DNA of 64,000 nucleotides, from positions 114,795 through 178,794 of the forward strand of contig CAWAID010000008.1 in assembly GCA_963782125.1 (NCBI GenBank), in the 5' to 3' direction. The translations under genes were made by a program, and so were the position numbers. The notes below the pieces were generated by a model. That model was not told where the DNA came from. It made no database searches and worked only from the letters and a program-made list of their open reading frames with translations. Below, in pieces: positions 29,931 to 39,828 of the stretch (the stretch's first letter is position 1; every line of letters starts with the position of its first letter). The stretch comes from an uncultured Bacteroidota bacterium. Lineage in GTDB: Bacteria > Bacteroidota > Bacteroidia > Chitinophagales > Chitinophagaceae.

Positions 29931-31349
29931 CTAATCTTCTCTACTGCCATCATCTGCCATACGTACAATCCTCGGGCGGAAACGGGCAATGATGTCAACA
30001 AGATCCTGCTGGGCATTCATTACCATATTGATATCCTTATAAGCCATCGGCGCTTCATCAAGTCCTGCACCAATCAGGCTTACGCCGCATTCCTTCAGGA
30101 TGGCGTGCATCGCATCTTTGGTAATGTTCTTTATCGCCTGTGTGCGGCTCATCTGCCGTCCGGCACCGTGAGCTGCAGAATTGATTGAAGCTTCCTCACC
30201 ACGGCCCCTCACCAGGAATCCTGGAGCGGTCATACTGCCGGGAATGATACCCATGACATCTTTACCCGCCGGTGTAGCGCCCTTTCGGTGCACCAGCACT
30301 TCTGCACCATTCCATACTTCCTTCCAGGCAAAGTTGTGGTGGTTCTCAACCCGCGCCAACACCTGTCCGCCTATGGCCTTCACAAGCTTGTTATGGATGA
30401 TCTCATGGCAGGCAGATGCATAATCACCGGCAAGGTTCATAGCCAGCCAATACTCCTGTCCTGCTTCTGAATCCAGGCTCAGGTAGGCCAGATTGGCTGC
30501 TTCCTGCGGCAGTTTGCAGAGTTCCTTCGCGAGCTTCGTATAATGACCGGCAATAGTAGCACCAAAGCCCCGTGAGCCGGAGTGAGAAAGTAATGCCAGG
30601 TATTTGCCCGCATCTATATTCAACACCTCGTCGCGCTGTGCAAATTCTATGATGCCCCACTCTACGAAGTGATTGCCGCCACCGGAGCTCCCTAGTTGCG
30701 TCCATGCCTTATCATGCATAGCACTGATGAAAGGAGCGGTGTTGAACTCTCGCCGGTCAAGCACGGCATGCTCCGCCTTGTACTGGCCATGGAAGCCTGC
30801 GCCTGCTCCGAACTTTGTATGTGCGATCAGCTCGTGCTTGTACTTTGCCTCGTTCTCCAGGAGATGCGTATCGGGAATATCAAATACCGTCAGCGCCATA
30901 CGGCAGCCAATGTCTACACCTACGCCGTACGGTATGATCGCATTACGGGTAGCTAGAACACCGCCAATAGGCAGCCCATACCCTTGGTGCGCGTCAGGCA
31001 TTAGAGCTCCCGCTACAGTCACCGGCAGCTTCATCGCAACATCCATCTGGCGGCGTGCACCATCTTCGATATGCTCGGGCCCATATACGGCATAAGTATT
31101 AGGCTCAACATTCAGCGGAATTGTAGTATCTACAATCGTAGCCGCTTCTATCATAGCCGTTGCCACCGGCTGCAATGCTTCATCATCCAGGAAACTCTCC
31201 GGATAGTCTTTTAGCTTTTTCATCATCGCCATCACCTCCCCTTGGGATGCCTCGTTCATTTTTGCTACGGCTTCAAGGGCCATGCCGAGTATCTTATCTT
31301 CTTTGTAGCCGATGGCCAAGAGGTCACGGGCTTTTACGGATTCGTTCAT
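29931..31349 (-). CDS. rtcB: RNA-splicing ligase RtcB
   Basis: GGGNHFVEWG, HSGSRGFG and HHNFAW metal-binding motifs. Confidence 0.9.
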   Translation of the reverse strand: MNESVKARDLLAIGYKEDKILGMALEAVAKMNEASQGEVMAMMKKLKDYPESFLDDEALQPVATAMIEAATIVDTTIPLNVEPNTYAVYGPEHIEDGARRQMDVAMKLPVTVAGALMPDAHQGYGLPIGGVLATRNAIIPYGVGVDIGCRMALTVFDIPDTHLLENEAKYKHELIAHTKFGAGAGFHGQYKAEHAVLDRREFNTAPFISAMHDKAWTQLGSSGGGNHFVEWGIIEFAQRDEVLNIDAGKYLALLSHSGSRGFGATIAGHYTKLAKELCKLPQEAANLAYLSLDSEAGQEYWLAMNLAGDYASACHEIIHNKLVKAIGGQVLARVENHHNFAWKEVWNGAEVLVHRKGATPAGKDVMGIIPGSMTAPGFLVRGRGEEASINSAAHGAGRQMSRTQAIKNITKDAMHAILKECGVSLIGAGLDEAPMAYKDINMVMNAQQDLVDIIARFRPRIVRMADDGSRED

Positions 31350-31414
31350 TGTCTTAGTGTTTAGATAGGTTCTTAAATATCGCCGGACCTATGTTTCAGG
31401 GCCCGGCGACGTCT

Positions 31415-32512
31415 TTATTGCTTTACGAAAATCTGCTTAAGCTGGTCTACGATCTGTCCGCTGCCGGACAGACTGATGGTATTGATCTTTTCCGCGATCT
31501 TCTCCACATACTCCATTTCCTTCAGCTTATAGAGCATCGCGTTGTCTTCCATCAGCTTTGCCGTGTTCAGCAAACTACGGGTAGAGGCTGTTTCTTCCCG
31601 ACGTGTAATGATATTGGCCTGAGCCCGCTTTTCAGCTACGAGCACCTGGTTCATAATCTCCTTTACATCGCCTGGCAGTATGATGTCTTTAACGCCGCAG
31701 TCTATTAAGCTTACGCCCATAGCGGCAGCATCTACAGTACAAAGGGCCAGTATCTCATCGGACAAGGATTCCTTACGCTCCATCAATTCATCAAAGTTCA
31801 ACCGGCCTACCAGTGTGCGCAAAGCCAATTGCAGCAATACATAGAGTTGCTTCTCAAACTCCTTGTTCTCCAGCAAGGCCTTTACCACGTCTTCTACCTT
31901 GTACCTGGCTGTGAAGTTGATCCGCAGCTGTGCCTTATCCTTTGTTAGAATCTCTTGGCCAGCCATCTCCAAAGCTTGTTGGCGCATATCTGTCTTCAAT
32001 ACCTGAATGCTGATGTTGTTCTTCCACCATGCGTAGTTGCCGCCTTCCAGTATGCCACTGAACTTACCATCCACGAACAGGATTGCCCGCTCGCTTGCTT
32101 CTACCCTATAAGTCCGTACAAAGGCAGCCAGTGGTTGCTTGTCCAGCAGATTCTTGTCTATGGCAGGGTCTATATTATAGTCGTCCAATGACACGCGGAC
32201 AAAGCTATAGAAACTCAATCCGTTCCAGAACGCATAGCGGCCAGCCGTCAGTACCTTTTGCAGGTTCTTGTTGGTGTACTGCAACACGATCTCATTGTCC
32301 GCTACATCTACGACAGTGACCAAAGCGGCAAAGTCCGGATGCTGCAACACGACATCTAGGGACAAGTTGGTTGGAACAGGCTTCGCCATATCACAGACTA
32401 TTACCTCGGCTCCAAAGCCAATCCAATAGCTGCCAGCAGTCAATACCCGCTTTAATTCACCAGACCTGATGATCAGGGCTACCTGATTCGTGTTTACTGT
32501 TATCTTCTTCAT
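31415..32512 (-). CDS. SPFH/band-7 (slipin-like) domain protein with triplicated N-terminal beta motif
   Basis: C-terminal ILPGDVKEIMNQVLVAEKRAQANI band-7-like helix; three repeats of a VLTAG.Y motif. Start at MKKITVNT assumed. Confidence 0.5.
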   Translation of the reverse strand: MKKITVNTNQVALIIRSGELKRVLTAGSYWIGFGAEVIVCDMAKPVPTNLSLDVVLQHPDFAALVTVVDVADNEIVLQYTNKNLQKVLTAGRYAFWNGLSFYSFVRVSLDDYNIDPAIDKNLLDKQPLAAFVRTYRVEASERAILFVDGKFSGILEGGNYAWWKNNISIQVLKTDMRQQALEMAGQEILTKDKAQLRINFTARYKVEDVVKALLENKEFEKQLYVLLQLALRTLVGRLNFDELMERKESLSDEILALCTVDAAAMGVSLIDCGVKDIILPGDVKEIMNQVLVAEKRAQANIITRREETASTRSLLNTAKLMEDNAMLYKLKEMEYVEKIAEKINTISLSGSGQIVDQLKQIFVKQ

Positions 32513-32889
32513 GATCGTTCGTGTTTTGAACTTTTTTATCTTGGTTATTGGAGGGATAGCACTCGCTTTGGCTATCCCTCCGGGCATCTGTTTCTGTTTC
32601 TTAAAAGAGCATCAGAAGGATGCATTCATTTGCACACACGGACGCTGCGGTTATCGGAATTCTTTCGTGTTCGGGCCAAATCTTGGTATTCCGTCGCGAT
32701 CTCTTGTGGAGATGCTGCTGCGGAAACCTTGATTGCCGTCCTTAGCCGAGCTTTCTTCTATAGGCCGCGTTCAAAGTGGGGTTCAAACTGCGCGTACCCT
32801 CTACTGAAGGCAGGCGCTGAATGCACACTTCCTTTGCCTTGTGGATGAGCTATTTTTAAAAGTTGCTCTTCTTTTCCTACCAATGGACC

Positions 32890-33035
32890 ATTATTAAAAT
32901 GGCGCAGGATTCGAACCTGCATTTGGGTTGTTGCTCTACCAGGTTGAGCTATCGCGTTTGGGCACGAACGGGATTTGAACCCGCAACACACAACTACTAA
33001 AGCAACGCTTCCATCCGGAGCACCAGAATATCCGT
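32890..33035 (-). other. Two adjacent tRNA-like fragments (canonical T-arms GCAGG-TTCGAAT-CCTGC and GCGGG-TTCAAAT-CCCGT plus a D-arm) that do not fold into complete cloverleaves by eye
   Basis: Minus-strand ...AGCTCAACCTGGTAGAGC...GCAGGTTCGAATCCTGCGCCA and ...GCGGGTTCAAATCCCGTTCGTGCC. Either real tRNAs that need a tRNA-finder to fold, or remnants of integration targets. Confidence 0.3.
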
Positions 33036-33378
33036 ACTTAAGCAGCCGGACACTTTAGAGCTATTCAGAAACTCCCAACCGTGGGCACTCCTCCAGAACC
33101 GTTGCCGTCCCCTTCCGGGAACATCTTTATTGCACAAGTGCAAAGAATATCTTCAAAGAACTATTTGCTTTCCGTTTCTGAGTCAAAGGTGTCTATGCGC
33201 CTATGCAGCCAAACTGCGCAGTAAAAAATTATTTTGAGGACTCGCATACAAGGCATTGAATACGTGTTCTATAGCATTCAAAATTTCTTTTTGAAGAGCG
33301 GAGCAATGACGCAACTGCGCAAATACATTGCGCAGTACCTAACGACTGCACTTACATTTAGGCTCAGAAGCATACACC

Positions 33379-34404
33379 ATGTCTGTAAACAAACTAGCCC
33401 TGATCCGCTACAAGACCATTGACGACTGTTTGACCAACCGCCGTCGTAAGTGGACGCTTGAGGATCTCATTGAAAAAGTATCCGCCGCACTCTATGAGAC
33501 CGAAGGCATTGCCAGAGGCGTGAGCCGCCGTACTGTGCAGGCAGACATCCAGCTGATGCGCTCCGACAAGCTTGGCTACAAGGCCCCAATCATCATTAGA
33601 GACAAGAAGTACTACTGCTACGAAGAAGCGGACTACAGCATCACCAAGGCTCCGATCAATAGTGCCGATGTGGAGAAGATGAGAGACATAGTAGGCGTCC
33701 TGAAGCAGTTCAATGGCTTCTCCTATTTTGATGACATGAGCGAGATGATCGCCCGCCTGGAAAACAATCTTTACAAGTCTACCAATCAAAGCCGCAATTA
33801 CATTCAGCTGGAAGGCAATCACCTGCTGAAGGGACTGGAGCATATCACACCATTGTACCAGGCCATTCTCCACCAACGGCCGCTACTCATCGAGTACAAA
33901 TCGTTCAAGGCTCAGAAATCGGGGCAGGGTATCTACTATCCTTATCTGCTAAAGGAGCACCGCAACCGCTGGTTTCTTATAGCGAGGCCTAAGAAGGGCA
34001 AGACGCTAATGACGTTGGCGCTGGACAGGATGATCGAGTTTCAGGAGCTCACCAAAGAGCCTTTTGTACCGCATCAAGGCGTTGACTTCGACCGCTATTT
34101 CAGCGAAACGATTGGCGTAACAAAGAACGAAACCGACAGGGCGCACAGGGTGATCCTCCACATAAGTAAAGATCATGCGCCCTATGTGCTTACTAAACCG
34201 CTGCATCAGTCGCAGACGCTATTAAAGGAAGACGAGCTGGGTGTTATCATTAGGATAGATGTCGTGCTGAATTTTGAGTTGGAGCGGGAGATACTTGGGT
34301 TCGGGGAATGTGTTAAAGTGCTTGCCCCGCGCTTGCTTGCTTCGCGAATCAAAAAGAGGTTTGAAAAAAGTATTGCGCGTTACCAGGAAGCGGGAGTGAA
34401 ATAA
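33379..34404 (+). CDS. BrxR/CapW-like wHTH-WYL transcriptional regulator
   Basis: N-terminal RRKWTLEDLIEKV...VSRRTVQADIQLMR wHTH and central NRWFLIAR WYL-type motif; ~340 aa. Confidence 0.6.
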   Translation: MSVNKLALIRYKTIDDCLTNRRRKWTLEDLIEKVSAALYETEGIARGVSRRTVQADIQLMRSDKLGYKAPIIIRDKKYYCYEEADYSITKAPINSADVEKMRDIVGVLKQFNGFSYFDDMSEMIARLENNLYKSTNQSRNYIQLEGNHLLKGLEHITPLYQAILHQRPLLIEYKSFKAQKSGQGIYYPYLLKEHRNRWFLIARPKKGKTLMTLALDRMIEFQELTKEPFVPHQGVDFDRYFSETIGVTKNETDRAHRVILHISKDHAPYVLTKPLHQSQTLLKEDELGVIIRIDVVLNFELEREILGFGECVKVLAPRLLASRIKKRFEKSIARYQEAGVK

Positions 34405-34577
34405 CCTAACTGCTGCTGGAATACATGCATGGTTGAATCATTATTACGCAACTAAGGCAAGAGCGGTATGCTGGCACAAGGCACTTATTATCTGCTTTAA
34501 AAAGTGAGTACTAAGCCGAATATTGGTTTTACAAGCTTAGACAGACATTTGGATAACTTTACGTAAAAACATTTAAT

Positions 34578-34895
34578 ATGGAGTTTAATGCGTACCAGGA
34601 AAAAGCGAAACAGACCATTCAAAAAAATGTTTCAGAAGATAAATTATCGGGAATTGTTCCCTTTTTAGGCATCATTGGGGAGATCGGCTCGGTAGTAACC
34701 CAACTAAAAATTAAGTTTAGGGATGGAGATTCATATGTTGCATTCAAGGAAAAGCTCAGTGAAGAATTAGGCGATGTTCTTTGGTATGTTTCGACAATAG
34801 CTACTCAAAATGAATTGCTGCTTGAAGATATTGCCGGCCAGAACCTGCTCAAAATCCACGATCGCTTTCTAGTTGACGATGTTTCTAGAGTATAG
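34578..34895 (+). CDS. MazG-like all-alpha NTP pyrophosphohydrolase domain protein
   Basis: EELGDVLWYVSTIA matches the MazG EExGD motif. Confidence 0.6.
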   Translation: MEFNAYQEKAKQTIQKNVSEDKLSGIVPFLGIIGEIGSVVTQLKIKFRDGDSYVAFKEKLSEELGDVLWYVSTIATQNELLLEDIAGQNLLKIHDRFLVDDVSRV

Positions 34896-35463
34896 AGATT
34901 TTGATGAATCTCACCCAAGAGCATCAAGGTTTCCGGAAGAATTTGAGATAGAGTTTGTGAGCTATGAAGAAGAAGGCAAAAACAAGATTAAAATCGTCGA
35001 TAAGCGAAATAATCAATTAATCGGAGACCCCTTGACAGACAATACATATGAGGATGATGGCTATCGGTTTCACGATATTTTTCATTACGGATACTTGGCA
35101 GTCCTTGGGTGGTCGCCGGTTCTTCGTAAACTATTGAAGATAAAAAGAAAGAGCAATGCTAAGATAGACGAAAATGAGGATGGGGCTAGATCACAGATAA
35201 CTGAAGAGTTGATTTCACTCTACATTTATCATCATGCAGTTGATCACGATTTGTTGAAGTATAGCACGAGTGTAGATTCCGGAATAATTAAAAAGGTCCA
35301 GAGTCTCGCGAAGAACACCGAGGTGAATAAATGCAGCGGTAAACAATGGGAGAAAGCGATTCTAAGTTCTTATGGGATTTTTAACCAGCTTAGGGAAAAC
35401 AACGGTGGAAGAGTGCTAGTTAGCAAGAAGAATAGATCCCTTCTTTATTTAGGAAAGAAATGA
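34873..35463 (+). CDS. Hypothetical protein (overlaps the MazG-like ORF; possibly its frameshifted C-terminal extension)
   Basis: ORF overlaps the previous gene by 23 nt in the +1 frame; no known domain. Confidence 0.35.
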   Translation: MTMFLEYRDFDESHPRASRFPEEFEIEFVSYEEEGKNKIKIVDKRNNQLIGDPLTDNTYEDDGYRFHDIFHYGYLAVLGWSPVLRKLLKIKRKSNAKIDENEDGARSQITEELISLYIYHHAVDHDLLKYSTSVDSGIIKKVQSLAKNTEVNKCSGKQWEKAILSSYGIFNQLRENNGGRVLVSKKNRSLLYLGKK

Positions 35464-35650
35464 GCTCTTGGATACTTATCTGTCTTCGAGATTAAGTCCT
35501 ATTAGTCTCAATAAGACAATGGCTTCCACAGATTAGAAACATACAATCTTGAAGGGACTATAGGGATTCGGACAGCTAACAGATAACAAAGGATGTATTC
35601 CTTTTGACACAGAAATAAAATCAATCGATCGCAGAGATTACATCGGCAGA

Positions 35651-36679
35651 ATGATATTTGAAAATAGCAACGTGACAATATTAACTAAGAAGTCGAAGCC
35701 TCATGCGAGTATAGTGCACGACACCTACTGGAAGTTCTCCGCGGAACGCCAAGAGATTTTTTTTAAGAAATTGGACGGCAAAGCGGCTCCTTGGACTGAC
35801 GACATAATACTCCTTGAGAACAAGTTCACAAACGTATATCGTGCCGCAGATCGAGTTAGTCAGTTCCTCATTAAACATGTAATATATGAAGGGCCTCAGG
35901 AGTCGGCAGAAATACTATTCAGAATCCTTCTATTCAAAACCTTCAATAAGATTGAAACATGGAAATTGCTTCAGAGTAAACTGGGGTCGATCTCGTGGGC
36001 CGAATATTCATTTAATCGGTATGCCGATATATTAAAACAGGCAACGGCCTTCGGAGAGGCAATCTATTCAGGGGCTTATATCATGGCCTCCGGTAAGAGT
36101 TCGTTCGGATATGCTCGAAAATATGAAAATCACTTAAAGCTTATCGAACGAATTCTGAATGATGAGTTGGACAAGAGAATTATTGACTGCTCTTCGATGC
36201 AAAAAATCTACGAAACGCTAATCACCTATCCGACTATTGGAAAATTCCTTGGTTATCAGTATACCATTGACATCAACTATAGCATACTGACGAATTTTAG
36301 CGAGATGGATTTTGTAGTACCTGGGCCAGGTGCTACCGATGGCATTCGAAAATGCTTTCTTTCTTTAGGCGATTATAGCGAAGCCGACGTCGTGAAATTC
36401 ATGGCCGACTCTCAAGAACTGGCATTTGAGAAACTCGGTTTGAAATTCAAAACTTTATGGGGCCGGCCGCTTCAATTAATCGACTGCCAGAATATATTTT
36501 GCGAGGTTGATAAGTATTCTCGTGTAGCCCACCCAAATATTGGGGGAGTATCTGGTCGAAAGAGAATAAAACAGAAATATCAAACAAATGGGAAGCTGCC
36601 TGTTCCATGGTATCCTCCTAAATGGGGAATAAACTCAAAAATTGAACATCATGCAGAAGGCATCGAACATCTTCATTAG
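35651..36679 (+). CDS. Hypothetical protein, first gene of the Thoeris-like operon (possible nucleotide-modification/aGPT-Pplase-like family, uncertain)
   Basis: Motif PWTDDIILLENKFTNVYRAADRVSQ recalled as similar to phage nucleotide-hypermodification Pplase-like domains. Overlaps the next ORF. Confidence 0.3.
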   Translation: MIFENSNVTILTKKSKPHASIVHDTYWKFSAERQEIFFKKLDGKAAPWTDDIILLENKFTNVYRAADRVSQFLIKHVIYEGPQESAEILFRILLFKTFNKIETWKLLQSKLGSISWAEYSFNRYADILKQATAFGEAIYSGAYIMASGKSSFGYARKYENHLKLIERILNDELDKRIIDCSSMQKIYETLITYPTIGKFLGYQYTIDINYSILTNFSEMDFVVPGPGATDGIRKCFLSLGDYSEADVVKFMADSQELAFEKLGLKFKTLWGRPLQLIDCQNIFCEVDKYSRVAHPNIGGVSGRKRIKQKYQTNGKLPVPWYPPKWGINSKIEHHAEGIEHLH

Positions 36680-37136
36680 TCATAATGGTCTTGACGACGC
36701 ACATGTCCAATCATTAAAAGACCGGTTGAGGAACCAAGGGTTCAATGTGCGTAATTTCTCGGTTGACAGTACTAACCACAAAGATGGACGGCGACCTTCT
36801 GATGAAGTTATTCGTAGACTTTTGAGTATGAGAGTCAAATGGTCTAGTACGCTCATTTGCTTAATCGGTCCGGAAACGCACAAAAGCGGTTGGGTAAATT
36901 ATGAAATCAGAAAAGCATACTTAGAGGGGAAGCCAATTGTTGGGATTTATACACATGGAAGTAAGAATTCCGTTGAACTACCAGAAGCATTTAAGAAGTA
37001 CGGACAATCGCTCATTGGATGGAATTCTGTAGAGAAACTCGGCGAGATTGTCATTGGGAAAAATGTTCCTAATGAGAATCCCGACGGAACAATGGCAAAA
37101 CCAATACATAAACTAAAGCGAGTTACTACCTGCTAG
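36651..37136 (+). CDS. thsB: TIR-like (DUF1863) ThsB-like protein 1
   Basis: IFISHNGLDDAHVQSL...SGWVNYEI pattern of the TIR-like DUF1863 domain. Confidence 0.6.
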   Translation: MQKASNIFISHNGLDDAHVQSLKDRLRNQGFNVRNFSVDSTNHKDGRRPSDEVIRRLLSMRVKWSSTLICLIGPETHKSGWVNYEIRKAYLEGKPIVGIYTHGSKNSVELPEAFKKYGQSLIGWNSVEKLGEIVIGKNVPNENPDGTMAKPIHKLKRVTTC

Positions 37137-37137
37137 T

Positions 37138-37773
37138 ATGCAATTCTATTCCTACCTTATAGATCACGATTACGGTTTAGCTCCGAATCCCTTCGGACAA
37201 TATTGTACGCTTGCTGTTTGCAAGCCGCAGATAAGAAAAAGCGGATTGCTACGCATATCGGACTGGATATTTGGGACCGGCTCTAAAGCTTTGGAAGATG
37301 TTACGCATGGAAAATTTGTGCATCGTCTTGTTTATGCTATGCAGGTCAATGAGATTCTTCCTTTAGATAAGTATTGGGATGACCCTTGATTCCAGTACAA
37401 AAAGCCAGTAATTAATGGAACGCTAATTACCATGTACGGTGATAATTTTTACCATAAAAATGAAAATGGCGATTGGACACAAGAAAATTCGGCACACTCA
37501 AACCTAGACGGCTCCGTCAATCAAGACCATCTAAATACTGACGTAGGCGGGAAAAATGTACTCATCGGGCAGCGCTATTATTATTTTGGGGCAAGCGCTC
37601 CGCTACTACCAAACCAGCTATGGAACATCTGCTACGATAGGCAAGGCGTGAAGAAGATACAGGAAGAGCCCGGCAAGAGTTTAATAACTTGGCTAGAGGC
37701 CAAATATCGACAGGGCGGGATTTACGGAGAGCCTGCGAATTGGGTAGAGTACAACCAACAAACCCTTTTCTAA
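37138..37773 (+). pseudogene. Unknown ~210-aa protein interrupted by an in-frame TGA at 37387-37389 (ORFs 37138-37389 and 37432-37773 share one frame)
   Basis: The same frame is open across the single TGA; conserved-looking N-terminus HDYGLAPNPFGQYCTLAVCKP. Confidence 0.5.
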
Positions 37774-37813
37774 CCGCAGGCAATCATCGCCTATATAGAG
37801 AAATCCCCTACTA

Positions 37814-38362
37814 ATGGCAATATTTACGAAGTCTCAATTTGAGTCAATAGCAAAGTCAAGAACTGGTTTAGCCGACTTCAAAGCGGTCAACATGTTTGAA
37901 AGCCGCAAGTTTTCCAAGTCTAGTTCAACAACAAGCATTTTCCTTTCCCACTCTCACGTCGATCAAGTAGTAGTAGCACAAGCAAAGGGCTTTTTTGAGA
38001 CCCTTGGGATTAGCATTTACATTGACTGGGCCGATGAAACTATGCCAGAAAAAACAAACGGGGTTACCGCGTCAAGAATAAAGTCAAAAATTCTTAGCAA
38101 TGATAAGTTTATCCTGTTAGCAACAAATGCAGCCGTGTCTTCTAAGTGGTGTAACTGGGAGGTCGGCATTGGAGACGTATATAAATTAAATTCTGACAAA
38201 ATCTGCATACTCCCGCTTGCGGATAACAATGCAACATGGCTCGGCAATGAGTACCTGCAAATCTATCCAAGAGTAGAGCCGGTTGAGAACTACAGCAACA
38301 TTTTTAGGGTAATTTACCCAGATGGAAAAGTCGACTGGCTTCACGAATGGCTAAAAAAGTAA
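37814..38362 (+). CDS. thsB: TIR-like (DUF1863) ThsB-like protein 2
   Basis: IFLSHSHVDQVVVAQ...SKWCNWEVGIG TIR-like signature. Confidence 0.65.
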   Translation: MAIFTKSQFESIAKSRTGLADFKAVNMFESRKFSKSSSTTSIFLSHSHVDQVVVAQAKGFFETLGISIYIDWADETMPEKTNGVTASRIKSKILSNDKFILLATNAAVSSKWCNWEVGIGDVYKLNSDKICILPLADNNATWLGNEYLQIYPRVEPVENYSNIFRVIYPDGKVDWLHEWLKK

Positions 38363-39612
38363 TCATGGAATTCACCAGTCAACAAAAGACCTTTATAAAT
38401 GTTTACGCGGCCGAAATCTTAAATGGCGATGCGGCAATTTTTGCCGGCGCTGGGCTGTCAGCTTCTTTAGGTTTCGTGAATTGGAAAGAACTATTAAAGG
38501 ATTTAGCCGATGAGCTCAATTTGAAAATTGAGAAGGAGCACGATTTGATCTCTGTGGCCCAATATCATTTCAACAAGTTCAAAAGAGGCAAAATAAACAC
38601 TAAGATCATCAATGAGTTTACCAGCCTTTCTGTGGGGAGCGAGAATCACAAAGTCCTTTCTCGAATTGGGATTGATACTTTTTGGACAACAAATTATGAC
38701 CAGCTCATTGAAAGAACTTTAGAAGCAGAAGGTAAAACCGCAGAAAAGAAGGTCCGGAACGAAGATTTTTCAAGAAACATCAAAAAGAAAGATGCAGTTG
38801 TCTACAAGATGCATGGGGACAAAGATTCACCGGATGAAGCAATCCTAACTAAGGATGACTACGAAACCTACAACGACAAAAAAGAATTATTTTCTACAGC
38901 ACTTAGGGGAGATTTGCTGTCAAAAACTTTTCTATTTATTGGGTTCAGCTTTGATGATCCGAACCTGGACTACATACTGGGTAGAATAAAGGTGCTATTG
39001 AAAGATAACACCCCAACACACTACTGTTTTTTCAGAGAAATTGCTGAGAAAGACTTCAGCGATCCTAAAAAGACAGCGGAAGAGAACAAAGAAGACTATC
39101 TCTATGCGAAAATTAAGCAGACGCTAAAAATAGATGATTTGGTCAGGTATGGAATTCATGCTATTATGGTGAAGGAGTATACTGAGATCACTGACATTCT
39201 TTTTGAAATAGAAAAGCGGGTGAAGAGAAAGAATATTTTCATTTCCGGTGCCGCCTGCACCTATGATCCATTTTCCGAAGAGCAAGCCAAAGACCTAATC
39301 CATTCATTGAGTTTTAAGCTAGCCGAAAAGGAGTATAAGATTGTATCAGGTTACGGCACTGGAATAGGCAGCATTGTTATTAACGGAGCCCTAGACTTTA
39401 AGTTGAACTCAAAATTTCGGAATCTAGATGATTTGCTAATCCTTAGACCGTTTCCCCAAATACAATCGGGAGGAGCAAGAATAAAAGATGTATGGACGCA
39501 ATATCGAATTGAAATGATTTCAAAAGCAGGAATTGCAATTTTTGTCTTTGGAAATAAGAGACTAGAAGACGGAACGGTTGGCAATTCAGATGGTATGTTG
39601 GAGGAATTCTAG
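38347..39612 (+). CDS. thsA: Thoeris ThsA (SIR2 domain plus SLOG domain), ending at an in-frame TAG
   Basis: SIR2 motifs IFAGAGLSASLGFVNW, TTNYDQL and YKMHGD; SLOG ISGAACTYDP...VSGYGTGIG. Confidence 0.75.
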   Translation: MAKKVIMEFTSQQKTFINVYAAEILNGDAAIFAGAGLSASLGFVNWKELLKDLADELNLKIEKEHDLISVAQYHFNKFKRGKINTKIINEFTSLSVGSENHKVLSRIGIDTFWTTNYDQLIERTLEAEGKTAEKKVRNEDFSRNIKKKDAVVYKMHGDKDSPDEAILTKDDYETYNDKKELFSTALRGDLLSKTFLFIGFSFDDPNLDYILGRIKVLLKDNTPTHYCFFREIAEKDFSDPKKTAEENKEDYLYAKIKQTLKIDDLVRYGIHAIMVKEYTEITDILFEIEKRVKRKNIFISGAACTYDPFSEEQAKDLIHSLSFKLAEKEYKIVSGYGTGIGSIVINGALDFKLNSKFRNLDDLLILRPFPQIQSGGARIKDVWTQYRIEMISKAGIAIFVFGNKRLEDGTVGNSDGMLEEF

Positions 39613-39828
39613 TTGTGCCTACAAAATAATGTTATCCCTGTGCCTATCGGCACTACTGGCTCTGTCTCAAAACAATTATGGAACAAAGTCGTTGAAAATT
39701 TGGGCACGTTTTATCCCCAAAGCGATGACTTACATGATGCTATTAAAGAGCTAGGAGTAGACGGGCTTGCAATAGATGACATTATCACTAACACGATAAA
39801 AGCAATCGGTATTTTGCAAAAATCATAG
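39613..39828 (+). CDS. thsA: C-terminal remainder of the ThsA SLOG domain, in frame after the TAG stop
   Basis: NVIPVPIGTTGSVSKQLWNKV continues the SLOG fold; same reading frame as 38347. Confidence 0.55.
   Translation: MCLQNNVIPVPIGTTGSVSKQLWNKVVENLGTFYPQSDDLHDAIKELGVDGLAIDDIITNTIKAIGILQKS

Noticed and set aside
37387-37389. Selenocysteine (TGA) recoding in the split 37138-37773 gene
   Set aside because: No SECIS-like hairpin is apparent downstream, and the second in-frame stop in the neighbouring ThsA is TAG. Ordinary nonsense mutation is the simpler reading.
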